Source: Neovahlkampfia damariscottae (lineage: Eukaryota). Taken from it: a DNA stretch of 35,490 nt. The notes beneath the pieces were generated by a model. The model saw only the letters and a list, made by a program, of their open reading frames with translations, did no database searches and was not told where the DNA came from. Position 1 is the stretch's first letter; each line of letters opens with the position of its first letter. The translations under genes were made by a program, and so were the position numbers. The stretch covers positions 1-35,490 of the forward strand of contig JABLTG010000187.1 in NCBI GenBank assembly GCA_016618085.1, in the 5' to 3' direction. Shown here in pieces: positions 21,954-35,212 of this stretch.

Positions 21954-23486
21954 TTAGATAATAGAAGGACAATACTCATCGTAAAATTCAATTAAATTTG
22001 AAAATATTTGTGATGATTTTGTTGCATCTTCCACCATTGTCTTCATATCAGGGTTTTCAGAACGAAGAACATTTATCCCGACAACTGTTGAAAGACTCTC
22101 TTTTGTCATTAAATTCTTCTTTGAATTTTTTTCAATATTGACCATTAATCGCATTAAATTCACAAACATTTGTTTTCTAGTTTGAGATAATAACTTGAAA
22201 ATTTCAATAAATTTGTCAATCATTTCTTTTTTTTCAAGTTCTAAATGTTTTAATAATCTTAGAATTTACTTATGGTGTTTTTTAATCTTTGGTACAAATC
22301 AAATGGAATGATTGGTTCAGGCATGATTTTTAAATACAACTTAAACAAAGAAGCAACTAAAAAATGAGAAATTTGAAATCTAACCTGTGTATATTTCTAA
22401 TTCTTTTAAGTCTACCTTTTCACCAAAGTCATACCTCAAGCGATACTCAGAGATATCATCTGTATCTCCTGATAATCTGAAAATCCCATCAGCCTCTAAA
22501 CCATTTTTTGTGATATGTTCAAGTAATTCTTCATATACATGAGGAATTTGTTTAGACTTTTCATTGCTTCTTTGCATAACTAACTCAGGATCTATTCCAA
22601 ATTCCATTGTATCTTTGATGGATTCCTTTTGTTCTTCAGACATTTCAATGCTGTAACGAAATACTCCAAGAAATTTACTTTCTAATAACTTTGGTAATTT
22701 ATCTTCCATCAATTTCAATGCAGTCTCTTTATTGTTGATGATGAAAAATAAAAATGCATCTTGGAAAGGCTTTTTTTCATCAACAACATGACGTATCAAT
22801 CCTAACCTTCTAAACATATCCCCAACATAAATAGAAGCAGTTGTAGAAATACTAAAATAATCTGAAATCCACTCTATAGCCATTTCAGCAACAAAACATG
22901 ATTTGTACACTTTCAAATGATACTGGCGATCTCCAATATCAATTCCTGTATTAACATTTGAAAAATCATCATAAAAATTTATAATTTCTTCTTTTGACTT
23001 CAAAATTGATCTAATTTTCACCACATGCTCATAATTTGTGACAAGAATTTTCCGGATAGTTTCTGGATTTTCTGTCAAGTGAGTAAATCTGAAGAAAAGA
23101 TATTTGTTTTCAAAAGGTTTTCTTTGATGAACTACATGTTGAAATACACCAATTTTTCTTAAAATTTCTAAAAATTCTGAAAGTTGTTCTTCAGTGTAAT
23201 CAGTCTCGTTGTTTTTTTTCATCCATTGAGTTGCTTCATATCCAACAAAACCTAGTAAGTGTTTAGTCTCGATTATTTTACATTGTTTGTATTTTTTGAA
23301 ATGGTATGTTCTATCTTTCACGTTGACTCCAAAATTTTTGGATGTGAATTTTTCCAAGAGAGTATACACCTTCGGAGTTTAGTAAAGAGAATAAAATACT
23401 GATTGAGACTGAAGGGTGTAAGGAAAATCATCTTTTGCTTTTGTGTTTTCTCTTATGAAGCTCTTTTTTTTAATCACACCGCTCAT
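21954..23486 (-). CDS. DEP-DEP-RhoGAP protein, multi-exon
   Basis: Two DEP repeats (VKDRTYHFKKYKQC..FVG and IGDRQYHLKVYKSCFVA..HVVDEKKPFQD), then GLEADGIFRLSG, VASLFKLYL..PEPIIP and NLMTKESL; 30-nt intron at 23399-23370. Confidence 0.9.
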
Positions 23487-23789
23487 ACAAAGAAAATCTT
23501 TTGATTGGTAGTTTCCAAAAAAGGTGATTAGTTATCCGTCTTAAAAAACACAAATTTAATGCAAAACAATTTTTAAACAACCTTCTCTTCAAGTGTTTCA
23601 TCGAAAAAAATGAATAAAGGGAATTGGAGGAATTCTTTCAAAATAATACAATTCCTTCTTCAAGTTCAAACTAGTTCAAACTTTCAATAAAATTGTTCAT
23701 ACAATTCTGTTAATTCTATTCAAAACTTAGAAAGAGTTTGATTTTTGAATAAGAATATTCAATTTCATTGGTCAATTTAAACGGTTAAA

Positions 23790-24095
23790 ATGCTTCATTT
23801 TTTTGACGAAAGTAAAAACCACAAAATTCTCTCCTTCAACAAATTTTATAAATCAAAAAGAGAACAAGAAGAAAGAAAATTAGAACAGAAAAAACAATTA
23901 TTGGAAAAAGAAAACGAAAAAAAAAGAAAAAGAAATTCAGAAGAAATGAATCAAACTAAAAAATGTAAACTGCTTGTAAATAATTATTATGATGATGAAG
24001 AGGAGAATGAAGATATATTCATCTCAGAGTCTTTAAATCAAGACGATGGAGGTGATGATAACAACAACAAAGATGATTTTATGAATTTAGAATAA
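23790..24095 (+). CDS. Small charged low-complexity hypothetical protein
   Basis: 101-aa ORF, K/E-rich then acidic; ATTGG at 23767-23771. No family recognised. Confidence 0.4.
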   Translation: MLHFFDESKNHKILSFNKFYKSKREQEERKLEQKKQLLEKENEKKRKRNSEEMNQTKKCKLLVNNYYDDEEENEDIFISESLNQDDGGDDNNNKDDFMNLE

Positions 24096-24213
24096 CCAAA
24101 AATAAACCATGCAACAACAAAAAAGAATAAAAATTTTTTCTAATTAACTCTGTTTTTTTTTCAGTGACCAATCAATTCGATTTTTCCATCCAACAAAATT
24201 TCTTGAGAAGAAG

Positions 24214-26781
24214 ATGAATCTTTCTTCAAGTTTTTTTTTTGAAAAAAATTTTAATGATTCAATGAATCGTAATGATACTTTTTTTTAAAATTCTTTTTAA
24301 GGTTCAAAAACTCCTTCACTTTTTGTTGAAGCATTTACTCAAATTTCAAAGTCGCCACAACATCCAGAAATGTTCAAAGAAATTGAATCAGATCCTACAA
24401 TACTAACAGAATTAAATTCAAAATTTGCTGAAAACTTACGCAAAAAAGAAATTTCAGCGACTGAAATTCTTTTAAATTTTCATGATATCTGTGTAGAAAA
24501 GTATAACTTAAAATTATTCTGACAACCTTTAGTATTACAAATTTATCAGAAATTATAGGTGAACAAAAACATTACTTGCTTCAAGAAAAAATAGAATACT
24601 TGAATCCTGATGCAAAACTACTCTCCAAAGAAAAAGATACATGGATGTTGTTAAAAATGCTCATTGAAGACATGTCAAAAGACAAGAAAGTTCATGAAAT
24701 TGATCTTGAAAAAGATGAACAATGGAGATATAGTCATAAACAATTAGTTGAAAATTTTAAACTCAAAAATTCACAATTCAACATCCAAATGGTAAATTTT
24801 AAAGGACAAAACTAACATTTTAAAAAGTTAGTGATAAATTGGTTGGAAATTATTTTTGATGAATCAAGAGACAAAATGAGTGAGTTTGCTTTTGAAGGAG
24901 AATTTAAAAACACACAAAACAACTTACAAGATTTGTAAAAAAAAAAAAAAAAAGTTTTAAAACTTTTCAGTGGTATCTCAGGAGTTGACCCAGATGTTAA
25001 AAATCGTGAAGGAAAGTTTTTAGATGATGATGATGAAAATGAAAATGAAAAGATTGTTTCAAAAATTTGGGAATATGTCAGAAGTGGTGATATTGAAGGA
25101 GCAAAGGAATTTTGTAGAAAATCTAAGCAATTTTGGAGAGCAGCAACTTTATCAGCTTGTTCGCTTTATCATAATTATATGCTTCATCCAGTAAGTGAAA
25201 ATGGTGATTTTTCTGGAAATGAATTTCGTGCTAGAGCTATTGAAGCATTATTTGTTCTTTCAAATGAAACAAAATTTGATGAAAGGGAAAGAAGTGTTTA
25301 TGGAGCTCTTTGTGGAAATTTAAGCGCAATGAATCTTTCATGTGAAACTTGGTATGACAGTTTATGGGCTTTAATGAAAGCATCATGTGAAACAATCATC
25401 AATGAAACTGTATTCCAAACAGATGAAAAAATGATTTATCAACCTATTCAAAAAGACATTAAAAAGATTGTTGAATCACTTAAGAATTCCTCAAACAAAA
25501 ATATCAGACAAGAATCATATGAACCTTTTCATATCATTCAATCTTATATCATTGAATGGAAACCTTATGAGCTTGTTTCATTGATAGCAACTTGGACAAC
25601 TGATGAAAGAATTTCTGAATTTGCTCATCTTTTTAGATTTGCAACACATTTTACATTATTTTTGATTGATTCAAGTCCAGATGAAGATGAGATATTGAAT
25701 GAAAAAAAATTTCAAGAAGAAAAAGATTTAATTGTCATCAGGCATATTGATCATTTAATCAAAATTAAACAAGTAAGTTTTCAAATGAGTATTAAACATT
25801 TCTTGAAAGTATGACTTGATTTCAACATATACACAATATTTAACAGAGGAGAATCAAATCAAAACATATGCAAGATTTCTTCAAAGAATTGAAGACGACA
25901 AAGAACGTCAACACTTCTATAATGAAGCAAGAAACATCAAATTACCAATTAATGAAATTACAAAAAAAGTTGTTGAAACAATTAAACAAGAACCTGTTTC
26001 TAAAGATTCAAAAAATCTGACAAATGGAGGTGTAAGAAAAATCAATTCAATGAAATCACAACAATTGACAAATGAAGATAAAAGAAAAATCAATTCCATT
26101 AGGTTTCTTATTTTTGACAAAAATCAATATTTTGAAGCTTTAACTCAATCAAATGCAATCATGAGATATTTCATTCTTAATTCAAAACCATTGGCTGCTG
26201 CTGAAATTCCTAAACAATTGCCTGATGATTTTGAATCAGTTTTGACAAAAGTACATTCAGAAGAACAAAATTATGTCAATTACAAATTAGAATATCAATC
26301 ATTGGAAATTTATTTAGATGCATTATCAAAATATAAACTCTTTTTCCAAAATCAATGTGAAAAACCAACAAAACCAGAAGAACCACAAAAATTCCAAAAA
26401 CCATCAGACAAAATAGAATTTGATCATAAGATGAAAAAGTATATTAATGAAACTGAAGAATGGAAAACTTTAGATAAAGAACTTTACAAAAATTCAAAAG
26501 ATGCTCTCTATGACGTTCTACAATTCCCACATATTTGGTTAACTGATTTTGAAGATGAATTTTCAAAAGATTCACAAAGAGAAGATGAAATGGATAAGTT
26601 AAAAAAGAAGTGTATCCCATCAACTGTTTTCTTATTATTAGCATTAATGTCTCAAAGAGGTGATTTAAATGCTTGTAGAGGATTAGCTGAATTAGTTGCA
26701 GATGAATATTATCAACTTTATCTATATTTTGATAATGATGAATTGAAAGAATTTTTGAAATCAATAAAAGATTGTTATTGA
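24214..26781 (+). CDS. NUP107: Nucleoporin Nup107/Nup84, multi-exon
   Basis: IWEYVRSGDIEGAKEFCRKSKQFWRAATL, ERSVYGALCGNL..CETWYDSLWA, LFRFATH and LAELVADEYYQLYLYF..ELKEFL. Confidence 0.9.
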
Positions 26782-26817
26782 ATAAAATTTTAATCAAAAT
26801 TATAATTCCTTAATTAA

Positions 26818-26824
26818 CCAATCA
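26818..26824 (+). promoter_or_regulatory. CCAATCA core-promoter motif (representative of many copies)
   Basis: Same motif 4-40 nt upstream of ATGs at 1750, 9241, 10839, 13285, 15363, 17580, 21026, 23486, 24214, 26829, 32472 and 35101. Confidence 0.75.
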
Positions 26825-26828
26825 ACAG

Positions 26829-27650
26829 ATGTCACTAAATTTACCTGACGAACTAGTGTTGTCTATTTTTCGGTATTTGTATCCCATTGAAGTTTTATTT
26901 CTTAGAAGAACTAAAAAACAATGGTTTCGAGTTGAAAAACTGTTCTGGAAAAAGTTTGAACAAAAAATTAAAAAAAATTTTCCAACATTGTACATTGAAA
27001 ACCTTAACTGGAAAAATGAAATAATATTAAAATATAAAAAGAATTTAAAGAATCCAGATCTTTTGTATTTTAAACCTCCCCATGATAGTAAAATATTTTT
27101 CAACTTGGACATTTATTATGAAACAGAAAACGAGATAGAAGATGAATTAAAAAACACTTGTATAATTAAACATAACAAAGACACTTATATATTTTCACCG
27201 GATATTGATTCTGAAAAAACGAAAGAAACCAAAGAAATAGTTAACAAATTAATTTTAACAGAACTGAAATTGATGAACTCCTGCAATTTATTATCCAAAA
27301 ATATACTGCTAGAAATTATTGTGTTGTTAGATGGTTTGAGAGAAAGTAAAATAAATATTCAAATACCTCATGCGGAACCTCTGGAAAAGAAAGACATTAA
27401 ACAAATTTTCAAGGTTCCCACTGTCACTTGTCCATTGAAAAAATGTGAATTTGAAGAAGCAATAAAAAATATTGATGTTAAAAGAATTAAAAATGAATAT
27501 GTTGGATGTTGTTTTTCTGGTGAAAAACGTTTGGTTTTTGGAGGATTTTATTTTGTTTATAGGAAAGTTTATTTAAGTTTGCAGCAAAATGATTGGAATA
27601 TCAGTTCACTAGAAATCTGGAAATATTCAATCATAAGACATAGTAAGTAG
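26829..27650 (+). CDS. F-box protein
   Basis: N-terminal LNLPDELVLSIFRYL..VLFLRRTKKQW..LFWK. Confidence 0.8.
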   Translation: MSLNLPDELVLSIFRYLYPIEVLFLRRTKKQWFRVEKLFWKKFEQKIKKNFPTLYIENLNWKNEIILKYKKNLKNPDLLYFKPPHDSKIFFNLDIYYETENEIEDELKNTCIIKHNKDTYIFSPDIDSEKTKETKEIVNKLILTELKLMNSCNLLSKNILLEIIVLLDGLRESKINIQIPHAEPLEKKDIKQIFKVPTVTCPLKKCEFEEAIKNIDVKRIKNEYVGCCFSGEKRLVFGGFYFVYRKVYLSLQQNDWNISSLEIWKYSIIRHSK

Positions 27651-27887
27651 TCGTTGTAATTTAACAATTCAGGTCATGCTTATTGAAATAAAAGTGAAAG
27701 TGGTAATTGGGATTCATATTTTCCTATCGCCTGTAATTTTTCGAATTCAAATGAATCAAAAAAAATTGAATGAAGTTGTTATGTTATCTCTTGAGGTACT
27801 GGAGGTTTATTTGAGTTTAGGAACACCTCCTTGGGAAGGTTAAATCACAGAATCGATTTAATTGGATAAAAAGACAAATTCTCCGAA

Positions 27888-30029
27888 ATGAGCAAAAACA
27901 CTGAAGAAACAGTTACTGAAGAAAAAAAAGCTTTTGAACTTTATGATGAATTAGCACAAATACCAAAAGTTTCAGGTGGTAAATTGATTGAGAACTCAAA
28001 CTCAAAACCACAAATCACTTTGAAATTCTCACAAACTGATAGTTTGATTTCTTCTACAGTTTAATTTTTTTCAGCTCGTGATAATTCGACAATTTCTTTT
28101 TCCAAGAGTTATATACCAAATGTTGAAGATGCTATTCCTGGTTTTGTTCCAAATGATCATTATTTTCACAGTCAAAGTCCTTCAGGAAAATTTCATCTTT
28201 TTTTCAAAGACTTGAAAGCAGATCCAAAAAAAAATAGAATAGAAGAAACTCGTCTTGAATTTTGGTCCTCAGAAGGAAGATTATTTTCCATAGGTTGTAA
28301 AGAAATCCATGGAAAGGTATGCACTGTAGATGATTTACAAAGAGTATGAGAAAAAAAAAATTCACAATTGAAAAAATAGGTTTTCTGGAATCATGATGAA
28401 ACTGAAATATTGTACTTGGCTGAAAGTATCCCAAAAAAGAAGAAAAAGTATTTTGAAGAAGTCAAAGATGAAGAAAAAGAAGAATTTGAATTTTATAAAT
28501 TTGAAGAACATTTTGGTGAATTAATGACTGAAATAAAAAATCCATCGATGTTTCATTTAAAAATTAATGAAAAAAAGTTGTTTAAAGTTGATGGAATTCC
28601 TGAAAATTTAGGAATTTCAGAACCTATTTTGACACCTGAAAATGATTATTTATTCGCTGGAATTGACTTAACTGAGAGAAAAATTGGAAGAATTTACTGC
28701 ATTCAAAGAAGAAATAGTTTATATTTATTAGAAAAAGAATCAAAAAAATTGACAAAATTATTACAAAATGAATGGAATTTTCATCATTTTGTTTTTTCAA
28801 AAAATGGAAAAGAATTATTTTTTTTGACAACAGGAAAAGAATCTGTTCACAGACCATCACAAATATTAAAGAAAATAACATGGCAAAATAGACAAGATGA
28901 TGAAAAAGCTGTTCAAATTGTCGATAATTTGTATGTTTTAAAGCCTTTGAAATCATCCAGTTGGTTAGACGATGATCATTTGATTTTGAATGTAATCAAA
29001 GGATTCCATTTAGAAGTTGTAATATTAGATGTCACTAATGGATCTATTTCTATCATTGAAAATCCTTTGAAACATGGAAGTGTCATCTTATTGGATGTGT
29101 TAAAAAAAGATATTTTAATTTCAGTTCAAACACCTTTCTTACCTTATTCTGTTCATTTGATTGAATTGAATGATAAATTGAAAGAAACAGCATCAAAAAA
29201 AATTGTCACAGAAAAAAAAATTTCGAAACTTTTTCAATCATTTGAATGGAAAGTGTCAACATTACAAAAAGAAAAATTTAAAATTGAATATTTGTCACTT
29301 AACAAAAAAGATTCAAGTGATGAAAAAAAACTTCCTTTGATTGTTAATCCTCATGGTGGACCTCATTCTGCATCTCTTTCAATCTTCAGATTTGAAATGA
29401 TTTGTTATGTCTTATCAGGATTTGCAGTCATGAATATCAATTATAGAGGATCTATTGGATATACTAAAGAGTTTATTGATTTGTTACCTGGAAATGTTGG
29501 TGATTTTGATGTTAAAGATTGTCATGATTCTGTGTTGGATTTTGTGAAAAATTCAAACAACATTGATCAAAATAGAATCAGTGTTTTGGGAGGCTCGCAT
29601 GGTGGATTTTTAGGTGGTCATTTAATGGGACAATATCCAGATTTCTATAATTGCGCAATTTTACATAATCCAGTAACAAACATTGCAAGTATGTTGGGAA
29701 TCTCAGATATTCCAGATTGGTGTTTCTGCGAAGCAGGATATGATCCATATAAACATGAATATATGACACCAGAAATTTTGGAAAAAGCATTCAAAATTTC
29801 TCCAATGTTTCATGTTAAAAAAGTGAAAAATCCAATTCTATTTTTATTAGGTGAAGTTGATTTGAGAGTACCAATCGAACAAGGAAAACAATTTTATTTT
29901 GCATTGAAATCAAGAAAAATTGAAACAAAATTATTAATGTATCCAGGTGAAAGTCATCCAATTTCATCAGCTGATTGTTCATTGGACAGATTTATTTCAA
30001 CACTTTTTTGGTTGAAAAAATACAATTAA
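27888..30029 (+). CDS. APEH: Acylamino-acid-releasing enzyme (S9C peptidase), multi-exon
   Basis: PHGGPHS, NYRGS.G, nucleophile GGSHGG, SDIPDWC, DLRVP and YPGESH; N-terminal exons run from 27888. Confidence 0.92.
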
Positions 30030-30045
30030 AAACAGTCAATAAAAT

Positions 30046-32472
30046 TTATTCAAGAGAGATTTTTTTAATTTTTGAACCATCAAAATAAATATTTGAAGTT
30101 GGAAGTGATCCTTTTGTGATTCTTAAATTTTCATCAAGACAATCATCAATAAAAGTGAGAAATTCTGAACACATTTGTTTCATATTGTTATCATTCTTTT
30201 TTATATTTTCAGGTGTAAATAAATTTTCTTCTACAATAACTTTACAAACTTCTGAATTTATTTCTTCATTTGATAATGGAATTCCAAATGAAATATCAAC
30301 AGGAAGAAATTCATTTTTGTTATTTTTGAACATTTGAATGACACCAAATGAATATTCTAAGTGTAATTTTTCAACTAATACATCAACTACTTTTTTGATT
30401 TCTGGATTATCTTCTTTTGTGTATGGAAATGAAACTTCAAAAATTTCATTGGACATTTCTTGAACAAAAGTTGGTGAATAGATCAAAGTTTCATTTAAAA
30501 CTTGTAAAACAGATCTAATTGGAATTGTATTTCCTTCTTGTTTCCAGCTTTGAACCATCAATTTTTTGTCATTTTTGAACATAAATGGTAATTTTCTAAT
30601 TCTTTTTCCTTTTGCAAAAAAGACTGATGTAGGACCACAACCAGCACAATGATATGCATAAAGCTTAAACCAAGGTGTAGATACCTAAAAATATGATTAT
30701 TAAAAAATTTGATGATTTTCATACTTGTGCCAAAGGAGGACCATAAAACCGAGGAATGCAAGATGGTAAAATCAAAGTACCTGATTGAAGTGGAGCCATA
30801 GCAATTAAAATTGAATAATTCATATCAAGAACACGTAATTTTGTTGCTGAATCCAAGTTATTTAAACTTTCACATCTAACCATATCAACACCACCATCTG
30901 TGTCATCAATTTTAAAGTTATCATTATATCTGAGAAACTTCAAGGTTTGTCTAATAGCCAGAGCATGTTTGTAATCTTAATGAAGAAACTTTGTTAAAAA
31001 TTTTTTTTGTTTTTTTTTACATTTTTGTGCTTCACCTTCATTTTCACCATTTGTCTCAATTTTATCTAAATGTGATAAAAATTCATCTAATAGTTCATCT
31101 GGCATTTTACCAACTTCAAATAAAGTCACAGCATGATTCTTCAAACCAACAGCTAAATTACCCATCATCAAATAAGCTGTTAAACTTGAGTCAAACAAGA
31201 AACCAATTCTTTTGATTCTTTTAGTTGATACTTCTTTAATAACTGAATATGAATCTATTAATTGATGATATTTGTCAATTGAATCTTTCCAACTTGTGTG
31301 ATATTCTTCTTCAATTATTTCATCACCTTCTTCTGGTTTATTTTCTGGTTTTTTTAATTTCTTTTTAGCAAATCCTAAACGACAACAAACTGACACAGCA
31401 ACTTTAATTTTATCTAAATCAACTTCTAAAATAGATGCTAATTCTTTCATGGATGTTCTTTCATCAACTGTTACCAAAACGTCATAAAGTAATTTTTCAA
31501 AATGTGAACTGGACAGGTTAGAATTTTATGATAAAATTTACTCTGGTTGACGATTCATGATGAAATTTTTTAATGGTGGAACAATAATATGTGCATCATC
31601 TTCAATTGGAATTGTAAAATAGACAAGACCTTTTTTATATAATTGTTGAAGACCATCAGAAGGTACTTTTGAACATAAGACTTTTCCTTCTTTTTTCACT
31701 ACACCAATTGTATATTTCTCTTCTTCTGTCATGTCCTAAAATTTTTTTAATTTTCACATAAAAAATGGTTACTGGAAAAAGTTTAAGAAATTCTTGTTGA
31801 CCCATAGCAAAAGGTTCAACATGCCACCAGTAATCAAATTCCATTTGTACAGGATGTTGTGGTAACATTTCTGAAATGTTAAAAAAACATCTTTTTTTTG
31901 ACATACCTTTAATAAAATTTCTTGTTAATTTCCAACTCCATTTTGATCTAGCCTTGTTCATAAGATCTATATATTGATTTCTACCAATTTCTAAAAAATT
32001 AAAATTCAAAACAACAAACCCATTTGATTCCAAATATCAGCAGCTGTAAAGTTTGGCAATATGTCATAGGATTTTTCATTTTTCATAATATCAAACATCA
32101 TTTCTGAATAATATTGAAAAGGTAAAATTTTCAAATCATTTATGATATCCTCAGAAAAGTGGTATGGAAAGAACTAAAACAGTTAAATTTTTTTTTTTTT
32201 CTAACTTTGAGTTTTAAACGAAGTGAGTTTAATAATTCTTGGTAGTATTTCTGTTTTGGTAGGATAATACGAGCAGGAGCATTTTCGTATTTTAATTCTC
32301 GATCCAAGGAGAATTTTTTTAAAGTGTTGTTGTAGACTTCTTCGTTTCCTCCAATGGATTCTTTCATTTCTTTAGGTAAGTCATTCCATTTGGTAGCGTT
32401 ACTTTACATGTTAGTTTTTTTGGGTAATAATTACCTGACGTATTCTTGAAGTGAGGACAACAAGGAAGACAT
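30046..32472 (-). CDS. FAM91A1: FAM91A1 homolog, multi-exon
   Basis: EKSYDILPNFTAAD, IGRNQYIDLMN, AVSVCCRLGFAKK, KRIGFLFDSSLTAYLMMGNL..GLKNHAVTLFEVGK, RCESLNNLD and FGIPL. Confidence 0.92.
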
Positions 32473-32590
32473 TGAAGTAAAAAATCTGATCCGGTGATTG
32501 GTTAGTTTTTTTTTTGGTTTTAAAAAAAAATATAAAGTTTCAACTATTCTAAAGAAAGAGGAAAAAAAAATATTATATTTTCAGTTTTAA

Positions 32591-32665
32591 TAGACCACCA
32601 GGGAATCGAACCCTGCACCTCTTCTGCTGGAACAGCAAACACTCCACCTCCTGAGCTAGAAGTCA
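32591..32665 (-). tRNA. Atypical tRNA-like Pol III gene / pseudo-tRNA (TTC at the anticodon position; possibly Trp-derived)
   Basis: A-box TAGCTCAGGAGG, D stem GCTC/GAGT, stem TTTGC/GCAGA, T arm CAGGG-TTCGATT-CCCTG (B-box) and a T-run ~20 nt downstream. However, it has G33, C37 and two acceptor-stem mismatches. Confidence 0.7.
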
Positions 32666-32707
32666 TTGAAGAGGAAATTTTATGTTCATTTTGCCTTTTG
32701 GATTTGT

Positions 32708-35101
32708 TTACATGACAGGATCTTTTTGAAAGTTATTTTGAAGAAGTTGTTGGATTTCTGTTTTTCTGACAGGTTTTGAAAGTATTTCATTCACTCTCCA
32801 TTCATTCTTTTGTTCATTAATTTCTTTGGATAAAGCATTTCCTGTTATTTCACATATAAATAGATCTCTTTTCTTCTCATCATTCAAATTTCTAATCATC
32901 TCAGTTGATTCAATTCCGTTCATCACAGGCATTGAAATGTCCATAAAAATAATGTCAAAAAGTTCATCTGATTCATTAACAATATCAAAAGCTTCCTTTC
33001 CATTCTTTGCCTTCTTATATATTTCACCTGTAGTGTTTCTAGTAATCTTTCCATTGACTTCAAAATCAAAGTATTGTCATCAACGACTAAAATTCTTAAT
33101 TGAGTATTTGTATCTACTTTTTTAAAAGTGGATTCAGACTTATCTTGATTCAAAAAATGTTTGAACAAGTTTGAAGGTAGAATTGGAGGAATTAATGTTT
33201 TTAAATCTTTGATGGTTTCATCATTTGTGATTTTCAAAATTTTCATGTTTTTTGGAGTTTCAATTCCATACAGGAGATTTTTAAGTGAAACATCTTCACA
33301 AATCAAAACTTGATTTTCTGAAAAATCAATTTCATTGACTTCTATTTTTGGAATTTTCAGAATTTTCAATTGTCTCATTAATTGAGTGATTATCAATGCA
33401 TCAGAATGTATTATGGTAACTTTATCAATTTCATGCGGTTTATGATTGATTTATTCTTTATATCTTGTTGAATTCAAATTGCTGTCAATGGGAATGGCAA
33501 ACCAAAATTTTGATCCTTTTCCAAGTTTACTTTCCACTCCGAATTCACCATTCATAAGGTCCAACAGTTTCTTACAAATTGATAACCCTAATCACCATCC
33601 TCTGAATTCTGTTGGTGTGCATGAATTCTTATTTAATTGTACAAATGGATCAAATAAATTTTTCAAATTTTCCTTTGAAATGCCAACACCAGTATCATTG
33701 CATTCAAACTTAACTTTAGATTTTCCAAATTCATCAATCAATAACTTTATTCTTACACCAATAATCCCTTCTTTGGTATTTTTTATCGCATTGGTAATCA
33801 AGTTGTTCATTATTTGAAGTAGTCTTGAAGCATCACCATTCAAAAATTTTGGTAATAAAAAATCAAAATCAAAGTCCATTTTCAAACTTTTTTCAATGCA
33901 TTTTTTTATATTCATTGTTATAAATTTTTCTGATAGTTCAAAATTTTGATTTTCAATTTTCATTTCTCCAGCTTCAATTTTTGAATGATCCAAGATATCA
34001 CCAATAATTGCAGTAAGAAATTTTGTTGAGCTATTTATATCCTTTACAATATCTTCAACTTCTTGTGTCAAATTTTTTGACAACAAATTCTCTGTGTTGT
34101 AAGAAATAACTTGAAGAGGATTTCGAATCTCATGAGAAACAGAAGCAATAAACTCATTCTTTGATTTCAAAGAAACAACATTTTGAATGTTAATTTTCTC
34201 TTTTTCTTCCATTTTTTTCTCTAAAGAAATGTCATGCATCAACAAAACAATTTCATCCAAACTATTTGTTGTTGAATGCTGTATTGAAGCATCTACCAGA
34301 TACCAACATATATCTCCATCTTTGTTGACAAATTTCCAGTTGTATCTTTGTCTTTTTTTTGTTTTCAACATCAAATCAATTTGTTGATGGTAAAATGGAA
34401 AATCTTTGATATTTCTACCAATGAGCTCTTCCTTTGTCATATCTATCACTCCTTTATTAATGAAAGAAATATTCATTTTTTCATTTGTTGTGATTAAAAC
34501 TCCTTGAATAAAATAAACTAAATTCTTATATCGTTCAGATTGTTCTTGTAATTTGTTTATTAATTTTGAAACAGATTCTAAAATAATCAAGATGTAAAAT
34601 ATATAAAAAAGGGAAGACGCTATGACATTTAAACACAATATAATGTCATATCCCAATAAGAAATACATAGAGAAACCTGATTCGGCTAGCAAAACATAAA
34701 AGCAAATTTCTCTCCATTTTCCAATTGATGAAGTTGGAGAATTCGTTAATACTATAGTTTCAAGCAATGTCAACATCCACCCAGGAAGATCTGAATTTGG
34801 GCTTAGAGACAAATGATACCTAAAAGATGAAAAAAAATATGAGTTTTTACAAAGGGATTAGACCTACTTTTTTTATCCAGTGCTTCATTGAGTAATATTT
34901 ACCAAAATAATTATTTTTGAAGTACCAAAGTTGAAATTTATGTGTTGCAAATTCAAATAATAAAACAAAGTAGAATTTAGGGTTGAACTTTGTTACTGAT
35001 GCCATAAAAATCAAGAAAATTGTTCCATATTTTTCAAAATAATGCTGTACTTGGTGAACTACATCTTGATAAGATTCAACGTCTGTTTCTGCAGTGAGCA
35101 T
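32708..35101 (-). pseudogene. Hybrid sensor histidine kinase pseudogene (HK3)
   Basis: Full domain set (TM, PAS, SHEIRNPL, NAIK, DTGVGI, ILVVDDN, MDISMPVMNG), with intron 34850-34820 at the same position as in HK2. TGA replaces the G2 Gly (33594-33592), TAA at 33453-33451, frameshift at ~33012. ATG at 35101 with CCAATCA at 35122-35116. Confidence 0.9.
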
Positions 35102-35212
35102 TGAAAAAATAAATATGATTGGTTGTGTTAACAACAACCAATCGTCTTTATTGCAAACAAAACGGCCAATGAATTGATGGTTATTGTGATAAAAGTGGCC
35201 AATTAGATTTAA

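Noticed and set aside
23655..23690. Short AGTTCAAACT direct repeat resembling the Fanzor left-end words
   Set aside because: Only two 10-bp units in AT-rich DNA, with no hairpin or other element sequence nearby.
27780..27852. GC-richer intergenic stem GGAGGT/ACCTCC followed by ACA, possible H/ACA RNA
   Set aside because: I could not build a lower stem with a bipartite pseudouridylation pocket; unsupported without a covariance search.
33592..33594. TGA recoding in HK3
   Set aside because: It replaces a Gly codon by one substitution, co-occurs with a TAA and a frameshift, and TGA terminates intact genes here (3978, 20694, 26781).
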